Below are positions 1 through 8,905 of a stretch of DNA of 64,000 nt, one piece after another. The DNA lies in IMG/VR virus record IMGVR_UViG_3300025435_000010, positions 32,001-96,000 of that record, one strand, 5' to 3'. Made by a program: the position numbers and the translations under genes. This DNA comes from a virus. Position 1 is the first letter of the stretch; each line of letters begins with the position of its first letter. Below the pieces are notes generated by a model. That model worked only from the letters and a program-made list of their open reading frames with translations, ran no database searches and was not told the origin of the DNA.

Positions 1-1
1 T

Positions 2-256
2 ACCACTGTTGACCCTGTATCGCTTTTTAAGCAGATTGTATCATTGCGTGAAGTTAACGAATTCCATGAGTTCTGCGCTGAAAAGCTTCTTACTAGTATT
101 ATGGAGCATAAAGAAGTTGTTGATTGCGTTGTAACACTTCTTTATTCACGCCGTGGTTCGTTAGATATTAACCCGTCTCGTGCTACCAATCGTCATCTTC
201 TTCCAGTATTGCTTAGTGATACAAACGCTTATACCGAAAAAGCAATGGGTCAATAG
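2..256 (+). CDS. queF: NADPH-dependent preQ0 reductase QueF, C-terminal part (5' truncated by window edge)
   Basis: Frame open from position 2: VSLFKQIVSLREVNEFHEFCAEKL...LLYSRRGSLDINPSR matches the bimodular QueF C-terminal pattern SFRxHNEFHEQCVERI...YTRRGGLDINP. Confidence 0.85.
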   Translation, partial: TTVDPVSLFKQIVSLREVNEFHEFCAEKLLTSIMEHKEVVDCVVTLLYSRRGSLDINPSRATNRHLLPVLLSDTNAYTEKAMGQ

Positions 257-279
257 TTTAGTTCGTTAGTTGTTGTTAC

Positions 280-312
280 AAAAAAAAAGCCTCGACTATG
301 TCGAGGCTTTTT
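280..312. terminator. Bidirectional intrinsic terminator
   Basis: A9-GCCTCGAC-TAT-GTCGAGGC-T5 between convergent genes. Confidence 0.9.
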
Positions 313-331
313 AAATTTATTTATATAGATA

Positions 332-856
332 TTAACCGAGGTATGATACGAGTCTTGAATTGCCGAATGTTGTACGGACTTGATGATTAACATCAGGGCT
401 ACCTGTAAGATAGAAGAAATTGTCAAGGTTTGATGTCTTTGTAGGATCAAGGACAATTGTCGATGCGTTTGAAGAAAGACTAATAACAGTATTCCATAAG
501 CTACTTGCAACACCAGCAGCAGGTGGCCAATAAACAGTGAAAGTACTACTAACAGCACTCTTATATGTTGAACCGGGTTGAATCTGTCCGGGCCAGACTT
601 GTGGTGTCGTTAATACTGAAGGTGAACTAAGGGTAAGGTTAATACTTGTATTACCAGCGGTAGCGCTAAGACCTGTACCTGTACTATCAGGATCAGTATT
701 AATTGTAAGTTTTGCAACTAAGTCGCTGTACTTTGCACCAAGTGTTGTATTTGCTGCACTGAGTACAAGAACCACATCTACGCCTGCGTTAGCGACAAAG
801 CCAATAGGTGTACCGGAAAGAATTGGAGTAACTGTTAAAGCTGTTTCGTATGCCAT
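332..856 (-). CDS. Putative virion structural (capsid decoration-like) protein
   Basis: 174 aa, Thr/Ser/Val/Gly-rich; directly downstream of the major capsid gene; TAAATA late-type box 7 nt before ATG. Confidence 0.5.
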   Translation of the reverse strand: MAYETALTVTPILSGTPIGFVANAGVDVVLVLSAANTTLGAKYSDLVAKLTINTDPDSTGTGLSATAGNTSINLTLSSPSVLTTPQVWPGQIQPGSTYKSAVSSTFTVYWPPAAGVASSLWNTVISLSSNASTIVLDPTKTSNLDNFFYLTGSPDVNHQVRTTFGNSRLVSYLG

Positions 857-899
857 ATACTATTATTTATTCATCATGACATCTTTTTTTATAACATTA

Positions 900-937
900 T
901 AAAAGGGAAAACCCGGTCTTTCGACCGGGTTTTCTTT
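900..937 (-). terminator. Intrinsic terminator after major capsid gene
   Basis: 12-bp stem GAAAACCCGGTC/GACCGGGTTTTC, GAAA loop on minus strand, T-rich flanks. Confidence 0.85.
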
Positions 938-965
938 ATTGATCTTTTGCGGATCGTTATACTTC

Positions 966-2513
966 TTAGAAGTAAACAGACTGAGTAGCCGGTGTGAAGG
1001 CAGTACTGAGACCCTGGAGAACGATAACGTGATAATAAAGGTTTGCACCAAAGATATTATCAACGACACCGTAACGGGTGAGTAAGCCAACACGGGGACT
1101 GAAGTCGTTAGGACCGATAGTACGCTGAACCATAACAGGGATGTATGGGCAGTAGATGATACCGGTGTCGTAGAATTCAGGTCCCTTGTAACCGAGAAGC
1201 GCGTAGTCAAGGCGAGTTGAGCGAGTTGAGGCGGATGCACCACCGGTTGCACCGGGGAAACCACCTTTACCGCCGAAGTTACCTCCAGCGTTTGCTTCGA
1301 ACTGAGCCTCTGTACGTGTATCACGATAAACATTGAAGCGACCAGCTAAGGAGCCTACTTTTGCAACACCGACGGGCTGTGTATTGACAGAGCCTTGAAC
1401 GGGTACCCACTGGAATTCAGGGAGCATTTCAAGGATCGCGCAAACGCGAGGTGTACCAACAACGAAGTTGGCGGAACCACGGCGGTTACGGACGGCAATA
1501 CGATTAGCCTCAACGATGAGTCTCTGATAGAAGTCACGATTACGCTCAACGAGCCAGCGACCATCGGCTGAAGCAGGATTCCAGATGGAGTACCCAACGC
1601 CGTAACCGGCATTGAGAGCTGTCTGGATCATACGAATGATCATTTCACGGTCGATTTCGGCCTGAAGCTCATACGACATAGCGTTAGTGAGCTCAGTATC
1701 GATATCGATACCGTTCATGTTCTTAAGATCCTGTTCAAGTTCAACGGACCAGCGAGCTGCAAGACGGCGGGTACCGGCTTCAACTGCTGTCTTTTCAAAC
1801 GAAACGACGATCTGAGGAATATTGCTGGACAACTCAAACTGGCTGAGAAGTGCGGCAACACCCTGATCTTCAGGAACGAATGTAAAGGCTGAACCTGCGC
1901 CGAGACCGGAGAGAGCTGAAGAGCTAGCACCGGTGAAGGCTGTGTTGAGGTACTGATAACCTAATTCAGGGTTACCGGAGAGAGTGGATACACCAGTGGT
2001 GGCTCCACCGAGAGCGCCGCCAGGGTACTGTGTAGTACCGGAAGCGTCGAGACCGGTTGTCTGGTTCTGATAACCAAGAGCGGTAGGTTCGTACTTATAA
2101 CGGAGAGCAAAAGCAAGACCGACTGGACCACTCATAGGCTGAACGCCAACGATTTCGTTGGTGATCAACTCAGGGAATGTACGTCTGATCATCGGAATGA
2201 GGATCTTAGGAAGACGAGCATCACCAGCAGCATAAGCGGAGTCGTTCTGTGAAGGGAACTGGTTACCATAAGCACCAGCACCAGCAGCAGGACCACCGAA
2301 TACACCACCTGTACCACCTTCGGAGTTTGAGGCTTCGAAGCACCACTTCTCTTGGTTTTCAAGGAGGATGGCTGTGTTTAAACGGGTGTGATCATCTTCA
2401 ATCGGGCGGACGTTGTTGGAGGTGTAATCCAAAACTGGATTCCACTTTTCAAGCAATGTCTTTGCGCTTCTCTCATCGATGTAAGACTGTGAAGGACGGA
2501 TTGATTTTGACAT
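966..2513 (-). CDS. gp23: Major capsid protein (T4 gp23-like)
   Basis: LLEKW..TAILLENQ, ILIPMIRR..GVQPMSGPVGLAFALR, RRLAARWSVELEQDLK, YCPYIP, FSPRVGLLTRYG. Confidence 0.98.
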   Translation of the reverse strand: MSKSIRPSQSYIDERSAKTLLEKWNPVLDYTSNNVRPIEDDHTRLNTAILLENQEKWCFEASNSEGGTGGVFGGPAAGAGAYGNQFPSQNDSAYAAGDARLPKILIPMIRRTFPELITNEIVGVQPMSGPVGLAFALRYKYEPTALGYQNQTTGLDASGTTQYPGGALGGATTGVSTLSGNPELGYQYLNTAFTGASSSALSGLGAGSAFTFVPEDQGVAALLSQFELSSNIPQIVVSFEKTAVEAGTRRLAARWSVELEQDLKNMNGIDIDTELTNAMSYELQAEIDREMIIRMIQTALNAGYGVGYSIWNPASADGRWLVERNRDFYQRLIVEANRIAVRNRRGSANFVVGTPRVCAILEMLPEFQWVPVQGSVNTQPVGVAKVGSLAGRFNVYRDTRTEAQFEANAGGNFGGKGGFPGATGGASASTRSTRLDYALLGYKGPEFYDTGIIYCPYIPVMVQRTIGPNDFSPRVGLLTRYGVVDNIFGANLYYHVIVLQGLSTAFTPATQSVYF

Positions 2514-2609
2514 AGTTTTAAAAAATTTCTTTCTTTGTGTCGACCTTAATTTCTATTCAGGGGAAATCCCTCAACAATAAATCTTCTATTCTTTAGAAGA
2601 AAATAAAAC

Positions 2610-3488
2610 TTAGTACTTATGAAGCTCGTTCAAGTAAAGATTGAATGTACGATCTCCACTTGCAGGTGTCTCAACGGACTCCTCGATTACAGGACGGTCA
2701 ATTGCTGTTGCAATTGTTTCTTCCCTAGCTTCGGTAACAAGATTGTTGAACCGCTCTTCTTCGGATTTTTCAAAAAGACCGAGTGTATAATCAAAGTTTT
2801 CTGCGATGAATTTAGCGGACTTAGAACCAAGCATCTTTTTCATATACTTCTTCTTGTCCTCATCAAGAGAAGAAACCTTCTTCTCGAGAATTAAACTCGC
2901 ATTGACATTGTTTAGTTGCTCGGTCAATGTGGCAACCCGCTTATTGGCGGTTTCAAGCTGCTGTGCAGCTTCATCAATCTTTGTTTTACCGTCAATAACG
3001 GCATCACGAATACTCTCTTGTGCGAGAGCCATGTCAACTGAGAGCATGTTGCGCATATCGGTTAAGACGTTTGCAGCACGCTTGTTGTTAACAGCTTCTT
3101 GAATATCGGCTACGGGGAGCTTCTCTTCAAGATAAAGTTCAAGGTAATTGCTTACCTGGTCAATCATTTGATTTTTAAAATTAGCAGCTTCAGTTGTAAG
3201 AGCATTTTCATACTTCTCAATAACAACTCTAAGCTTATTAGCACGATCAGCATCAATAGCGGCTACAACCTTATTGAGCTTACCGACATGATCAGCATCA
3301 ACAGCCTCTAAGAGAGTCTCAAGTTTCTTAGCATAATCTTCATCCTGTTCGTTAAGAGCCTTTTCTACATGAAGTCTTACTTTAGCGTCAACTGAAGCTT
3401 CGTAAGCTGATTCAATTTCCTTAAGAACGTCTTCTGTGAGAATGTCCTTTGTGGCGGCCTTGAGGAGTTCGGAGATATTGTTTTGCAT
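2610..3488 (-). CDS. gp22: Prohead core scaffold protein (T4 gp22-like)
   Basis: Acidic coiled-coil 292 aa with VSNYLE motif, immediately upstream of gp23. Confidence 0.85.
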   Translation of the reverse strand: MQNNISELLKAATKDILTEDVLKEIESAYEASVDAKVRLHVEKALNEQDEDYAKKLETLLEAVDADHVGKLNKVVAAIDADRANKLRVVIEKYENALTTEAANFKNQMIDQVSNYLELYLEEKLPVADIQEAVNNKRAANVLTDMRNMLSVDMALAQESIRDAVIDGKTKIDEAAQQLETANKRVATLTEQLNNVNASLILEKKVSSLDEDKKKYMKKMLGSKSAKFIAENFDYTLGLFEKSEEERFNNLVTEAREETIATAIDRPVIEESVETPASGDRTFNLYLNELHKY

Positions 3489-3493
3489 ATAAA

Positions 3494-3997
3494 TTATTTA
3501 GAATTTTGGATGGCTTTGTTAATAGCAGCTTTGAGCTTGCTTTCGACTGTACCCTGTAAATACTTATCGGCCTGGGCATAATTTTTCTGAGAAATGGCCT
3601 TTAAAAAGTTAGCAATGTTTGTTGATTCTTTACGTATATCTGATGTAGTTTTACTTGTACCTCTTGACTGAAGATAGGATTGAATAACATTTTTGATCTC
3701 GTCATAGTAATGCTCAAAAAGTGATTTAGCATTACTTCCGCCTTGAGCATGGAGGGTACGATCTGGCTCTTCTAAGATAACTATAACTTTACCGTTAATA
3801 TTAACCTCAAAATGTTCATTATCATCCTGATCGTAACCAAGACTATTAACAACAAAAATACCATGCTTTGTTTCAGCATCTTCCTCTTCAACGGGTTGAT
3901 TACTTTGAAGCTTCTTAAGCTTATCCTGAGCAGCTTGAATTTTTAATTTCGTAATATCCTGCTCTTTAGCTCTAATAGTCTGTGTGAGATCGGCCAT
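3494..3997 (-). CDS. Hypothetical head-associated protein
   Basis: 167 aa between gp21 and gp22; TAAATA box upstream. Confidence 0.5.
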   Translation of the reverse strand: MADLTQTIRAKEQDITKLKIQAAQDKLKKLQSNQPVEEEDAETKHGIFVVNSLGYDQDDNEHFEVNINGKVIVILEEPDRTLHAQGGSNAKSLFEHYYDEIKNVIQSYLQSRGTSKTTSDIRKESTNIANFLKAISQKNYAQADKYLQGTVESKLKAAINKAIQNSK

Positions 3998-4013
3998 ATA
4001 TAATTTATTTATG

Positions 4014-4676
4014 TTAGAGTTTAGATAAAAACGTTAAAATCTGTTCCTTTAAAAAGCTAGCAACATCATGTTTAGGTAAGCCACGAATACTCTTTTCAAA
4101 AGATTCGTATACTTCTTCAAACTTTCCATCCATACCGAGGACATATTGTTTGGATTCAAGAATACCATTGACAAATGCCTTAGGGCAACTTGGATCAGCT
4201 ACACAGTCAACAGCAATAAGACGCATTTCATTGACGCGGTTAATACCATCAGATTGCTCTTCAAGTTGACCAAGGGCACGACTCGACATACCAACCTTAA
4301 CACCGTCATTAATAAGTGAGCGGACAATTTGACCAACAGGAGTGGAAAGAACAATTGATTCACCGATAATAATATTACCATCCTTGCGTAAAGAGGTTAC
4401 CATGTGACAGGCTCTTTCGAGGTCAACTTCAGCTGAAGCAGGGTGATTTAATTCACCTAAAGCACGCTTTGGAATAACCATTTCTTGAACATAACGGTTA
4501 ACCTCGCGCTCCATGTCACTCTCTGTATAGATTCTTTTGTTCTTATTAACCTCTTCGCACGCCATATAAGGGCCACGAATTTTCATTACTGATTGACCTT
4601 TGAGGTTTTTTTGTTCTTCGATATATTCGAATTGCTCTTCTGAAGCTGGTGTTTCAACTAGTAATCTAAGTGACAT
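4014..4676 (-). CDS. gp21: Prohead protease (T4 gp21-like)
   Basis: NKNKRIY, RALGELNHP, VGMSSRALG, DCVADPSCPKAFVNGILE. Confidence 0.96.
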   Translation of the reverse strand: MSLRLLVETPASEEQFEYIEEQKNLKGQSVMKIRGPYMACEEVNKNKRIYTESDMEREVNRYVQEMVIPKRALGELNHPASAEVDLERACHMVTSLRKDGNIIIGESIVLSTPVGQIVRSLINDGVKVGMSSRALGQLEEQSDGINRVNEMRLIAVDCVADPSCPKAFVNGILESKQYVLGMDGKFEEVYESFEKSIRGLPKHDVASFLKEQILTFLSKL

Positions 4677-4699
4677 ACAGATATTTATTGTCCGAATAG

Positions 4700-5158
4700 T
4701 TATTTATCTATACCTAATTCTTTTTCTGTTAAAATTAAGAAGTTATAACCATACTTCTGACACCACTTTCTAGCTGCTTCCCACTTTGCTTGATTTTGAG
4801 CAAAGCGAGCGGTTTCATAAACCATTGTCGACATACGCTTTCTACCTTTTACCGGTAATACGGTTTGAGCACTCGGCTTAATCTCAATGATATATTTTTT
4901 TATTATATTGCCCTCTTTTATTGCAACAACACCATCGGTGTGGTAGCGGTGTACCTTGCGATCTAGTGGACTGACATAAGGTATAATTACAGCTTCTGAC
5001 GCCCATTCAACAACGTTATCGTTATCATCACACCATCTAAAAAATTTCAACTCCCAGCCTGAACGATATACAGGATCTTCTTTACCGATATATTTTGCTT
5101 GGTTCTTTGGCTTAAAGACACCTTGTTTAAATTTACCCTTACCGTTGAGAGGGATCAT
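4700..5158 (-). CDS. gp4: Head completion nuclease (T4 gp4-like, TnsA-like fold)
   Basis: FKPKNQAKY..YRSGWELKFFRWCD..WASE..IEIKP..NQAKWEAA..FLILTE. Confidence 0.93.
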   Translation of the reverse strand: MIPLNGKGKFKQGVFKPKNQAKYIGKEDPVYRSGWELKFFRWCDDNDNVVEWASEAVIIPYVSPLDRKVHRYHTDGVVAIKEGNIIKKYIIEIKPSAQTVLPVKGRKRMSTMVYETARFAQNQAKWEAARKWCQKYGYNFLILTEKELGIDK

Positions 5159-5160
5159 AA

Positions 5161-6243
5161 TTAACCAACGAAGAACATCGGAGGCATAGCATCGCCCATA
5201 CCGGGAGAGGCACCTGTAAAGAGTTGATCTTCGAGTTTTTTCTTCTCTTCTAAACCTTGATTTAAAATATCGTTGTAGTTAATTGAGCCACCTCCAAAGA
5301 GAGTCGTGCCGGTATACTTGCCTCTAACATTACTAATGGCAATCTTACTCAATGCTAGAGCATATTGGTATACCCACGGCTCCTTAATAACATCCCTTAA
5401 AGGTCTTTCAACATAACATGCAACAGTGCCCCAGAATTGACCACTTGATCCAGAGATATGCGGTGGTGGATAGAAAGTAAGAAGTTGTGTACGCGGATCA
5501 AAAGTAAACGCACGACGTGTAGCTAATAATTTATCTCTTACCTCAAGCCAGTTTTTTAATGTATACCAACTAATAAGATCGAATCCATAATTACCCATCG
5601 CGTAGCTAAAATATGTCTGCTGGGCAAGAGTCTGTTCAATAGTAAATAACGAATTAATACCATCTGATGTACCTTCTTCAAAATTATAGATATCAATGAC
5701 TTTTCTATAATCCATTGTATCATAATCAAAACTGTTTACGTATTTGGTCTGATCAGTTGTCGATGGGTTGAAATATTGAGTTAATGTACTGTTAAAGTTT
5801 AATACGCTAAGATATGCTGATGTTGTTAAGAGTTGATTCTGAAATATTCCTGTCGCGTAAATGCTTGAAAGTGTTGACGACGTGCTAAATGTTGCTGCAG
5901 GTATTGTTGATGTTGCGGCGTAAACAGTCGATGCAATAGGTGGATTAGTACGTGAGAAGTTTGGTGTTATGCTGAATAAGTCGTCAAGCTTAATACCAAC
6001 ACCATCAACATATAAATTAGAATTAAAGACGATATACTCCTCTGTATAACCGGCGTACTTAGTGAATAATTCACAGGCTTGTGATATAAATTCAAATAAT
6101 TGATCTTGATGAATTTCTATATTAATCATTGGTGCTCCAAGAGCACGTGTAATACGATCACCTAATCTACTAAAAGAATTAATTCTACTAGTTAAATTAG
6201 TACTTTGAAAAGCAGAAATTGGTGTTACGGCAGAGCAATCCAT
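5161..6243 (-). CDS. gp13: Neck protein (T4 gp13-like)
   Basis: RALGAPMINIEI..Q and C-terminal WVYQYALAL..KYTGTTLFGGGSIN..PPMFFVG; S/T-rich insertion. Confidence 0.88.
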   Translation of the reverse strand: MDCSAVTPISAFQSTNLTSRINSFSRLGDRITRALGAPMINIEIHQDQLFEFISQACELFTKYAGYTEEYIVFNSNLYVDGVGIKLDDLFSITPNFSRTNPPIASTVYAATSTIPAATFSTSSTLSSIYATGIFQNQLLTTSAYLSVLNFNSTLTQYFNPSTTDQTKYVNSFDYDTMDYRKVIDIYNFEEGTSDGINSLFTIEQTLAQQTYFSYAMGNYGFDLISWYTLKNWLEVRDKLLATRRAFTFDPRTQLLTFYPPPHISGSSGQFWGTVACYVERPLRDVIKEPWVYQYALALSKIAISNVRGKYTGTTLFGGGSINYNDILNQGLEEKKKLEDQLFTGASPGMGDAMPPMFFVG

Positions 6244-6254
6244 AACATTATTTA

Positions 6255-8018
6255 TTAAGCAGGAGGCGCCTCAGCGGCAGGAGCTGCAGCGCCAGCTTCA
6301 GGTGCTGCCCCAGCTTCAGGAGGTGCTTCCTCGCCACCTGTCGGACCTGGACCGAATGCTGGTGGTGTACCGGAGGGGGCACTTCCTCCTCCACCAGCGG
6401 TAGCTCCAGTTCCGGGAGCTGCAAGAGATCCAGCTTCACGCCAATCAGGCCCGGTATTTTCAATTTGAGCTAATTCCCACATAAGTTCTTTATCCTTACG
6501 TAAGAACTCTCTATTTGCCATAACTTCGGAATCTGACCAACCGAGATATTTCTTTTGAGCGTACGTCTTTGAAACAAAATCACTCTGAGTGATAGTATTA
6601 AAATTTTCAGCTCTAAGTTGAAATTTTTGTTGCTCTCTTAATTCGTAAAAATTTGTTGGGACGTTAAAGGTGAGGTCAATATGAACATCTCTCAACTTCA
6701 TCTCCTCATAAATGCCTTTAAGCTTGAGATGAGTTACAAATCCATTCTTTAAACCTGATGCAAATCGTTGTTGTTGACGAATAACAAAGCGTGCGAATTT
6801 AAGCTCTTCTCTTAAAATATCAGCTCCATCTTTGTATGGATCCTCTGGATTAAGACGAGAGGAAGGTACTTTAAGAGACTTATAAAGCTTCTTAACAAAG
6901 TACATTAAATCAGTAAGCTCACCAAGGTTAGCACCACCGGCAAGTTGTGTAACTGATGTCCCCTCTGAGCCTGCACGCTTGGCAAACCAAAAGCTATCAA
7001 GCATGGATTGGGGATTAAACTTCTGTACTGTAGCTCCTTGATTAGCATCATACGTTCTCTTTGACCAGTAGTTGGTCATGAGTTTGCGTAGATAAGCCTC
7101 GGCCTTAGGGGGAGCCATATTACCAACATCAACATTAAAGACAAGACGTTCAGGCGCCCTGACCAAGCGATAGATTACAATTGAATCTTCAATTAAGCTT
7201 AGCTGACGATAAGCACGTCTTGCATTTTCAATAAATGGTAGTCTTAAATTTTTATTTTCATTCCAGATACCAGAATTGACATATGTAACCTGATTGATAT
7301 CCATTGGTACGAGCTCTGTTCTCGCTATTTTGCCAGGATTTTTAGCATCATAAATAGGCTTTCTAAGAAGATAGCCTTTTACGATCATATTCTGTACATT
7401 TTCAAATACCGGATCAATTACGTCTGACGGAATCGAGACAACACCTAGAATACCTTCTTTTGTATGTTGTTTGTGAATGATATGCTCCCAATAAATCTCA
7501 GCATCAACAAGCATTTGACGGACATATTCCCAGCCTTTATGTTCAAGATCAAAATAACCAATATACTTTTGAAATTCTCTTTTAACTTTTGCTTTTTGTG
7601 TTTCAGATAATCCAGAATCAACAAAATTAAGCTTAACTATTTCGCCCTGATCGTCTTTATTAATAAATTCATCGCAGATTTCATCTAATGCGTCAGCAAC
7701 CTCTGAATAGGCAGCCATAACACGGTAATCCATGAGTCGACGACCTTTATCCGGTTGGATATTGGCGTACATGAAGTCATGATAATCCTTATTCTGTAGA
7801 ATACTTGCATACTGATCATCTGTCATCGAGATCGATGACGAGACAGACTGGCGTGTGAGAGCGCCTATCCTATCAGTACCTTTACCGTAGAAGTTTTCAT
7901 ACTTTGGGTTAAGAGATTTAATCTTATCGTTTATATCATAAGACTGGTATGGGAGTTTTGAAGAAACATACTTCATTAACTCCCTTCCAAATGTACTTTC
8001 TCTATTAGAATCTACCAT
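6255..8018 (-). CDS. gp20: Portal protein (T4 gp20-like)
   Basis: YRVMAAYSEVADALDEI, QLSLIEDSIVIYRLVRAPERLVFNVDVGNMAPPKAEAYL, LYKSLKVPSSRL, REELKF. Confidence 0.97.
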   Translation of the reverse strand: MVDSNRESTFGRELMKYVSSKLPYQSYDINDKIKSLNPKYENFYGKGTDRIGALTRQSVSSSISMTDDQYASILQNKDYHDFMYANIQPDKGRRLMDYRVMAAYSEVADALDEICDEFINKDDQGEIVKLNFVDSGLSETQKAKVKREFQKYIGYFDLEHKGWEYVRQMLVDAEIYWEHIIHKQHTKEGILGVVSIPSDVIDPVFENVQNMIVKGYLLRKPIYDAKNPGKIARTELVPMDINQVTYVNSGIWNENKNLRLPFIENARRAYRQLSLIEDSIVIYRLVRAPERLVFNVDVGNMAPPKAEAYLRKLMTNYWSKRTYDANQGATVQKFNPQSMLDSFWFAKRAGSEGTSVTQLAGGANLGELTDLMYFVKKLYKSLKVPSSRLNPEDPYKDGADILREELKFARFVIRQQQRFASGLKNGFVTHLKLKGIYEEMKLRDVHIDLTFNVPTNFYELREQQKFQLRAENFNTITQSDFVSKTYAQKKYLGWSDSEVMANREFLRKDKELMWELAQIENTGPDWREAGSLAAPGTGATAGGGGSAPSGTPPAFGPGPTGGEEAPPEAGAAPEAGAAAPAAEAPPA

Positions 8019-8062
8019 AGGTCAACACGATTACTTAATGAGTATTTAGTAGAATATCAAAT

Positions 8063-8893
8063 TTATAAATATAAATTTGCATTCGCATTTGATGTTGTGT
8101 ATGTTACACTTGGTGTTATTTGCGGATACGCGTATGTTGATAGCTTCTCCACCTCTGTAACCAGTCCTGAGCTAGTATAAGTGAAGTTAGTAGCTGTAAG
8201 TTGATTAACAGATGTAAGCACATCTACAGCATAGAAATTACTATCAATATAAAAGATATTACCAACGGGATCTTGAGCTGCGGGGAACAACCACCCTTTA
8301 ATAGTAAATGAAGTATCACCGGAAATTTTATATTTTTCATTTGCTGTTATATCTGTAGGGTAGTTTAAATTAACGGATCCACTCCAGAGTACCTCACTAC
8401 GAATTTCTTGCGGAATAGCAAAGCCGGATGATGATAAGTCAAGAGGTACTTTCCACGATATAATAATATATGGATTATTGTAGGGGATAAAATTAGATAA
8501 AATTTGATCCATGTCAGTCTGAAATTTTGTCAAAATAGACATATTAACAGTAATATTGACTGGTACGGGACTGTTATAATGAATAGAAGTACTACCGTCA
8601 GTAGCTTCGCTTGTTCCACTTGAAAAGTAATAACCGTTTATCTTGTTAAAAACACGTGTTTCATCTCTCGAGACATTGCTAATGCTGACAGAAACGACAG
8701 GTACAGTAATATTTTGAGCTAAATTGACAAGATCGTAAAGCACACGTTGCTTTGGTGCATATACGTATCGAACTTGTACTTTATTCTGAGCTACACGGTT
8801 TTTATCATACCTATTAATAATGATATTATCAAACGCAGTGACGAACTGCGTTAAGAGGTCCTTAATTTCAAAATGATAGGTCTGAAGCTTCAC
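8063..8893 (-). CDS. gp15: Tail sheath stabilizer/terminator (T4 gp15-like)
   Basis: FVTAFDNIIINR..VRYVYAPKQ..PVPVNI..DMDQILSNFIPY..FTIKGWLFP. Confidence 0.88.
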   Translation of the reverse strand: MKLQTYHFEIKDLLTQFVTAFDNIIINRYDKNRVAQNKVQVRYVYAPKQRVLYDLVNLAQNITVPVVSVSISNVSRDETRVFNKINGYYFSSGTSEATDGSTSIHYNSPVPVNITVNMSILTKFQTDMDQILSNFIPYNNPYIIISWKVPLDLSSSGFAIPQEIRSEVLWSGSVNLNYPTDITANEKYKISGDTSFTIKGWLFPAAQDPVGNIFYIDSNFYAVDVLTSVNQLTATNFTYTSSGLVTEVEKLSTYAYPQITPSVTYTTSNANANLYL

Positions 8894-8905
8894 TATAGAT
8901 ATTTA

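Noticed and set aside
863-1333. Alternative-frame ORFs over gp23 (also 62201..62815, 250..558 and 6248..6463)
   Set aside because: Shadow frames produced by codon bias in highly expressed genes; no promoter or recognisable motifs.
4700-5158. TnsA-like nuclease read as a Tn7 transposon
   Set aside because: Motifs and position fit T4 gp4 head completion protein; no tnsB/tnsC or transposon ends are seen.
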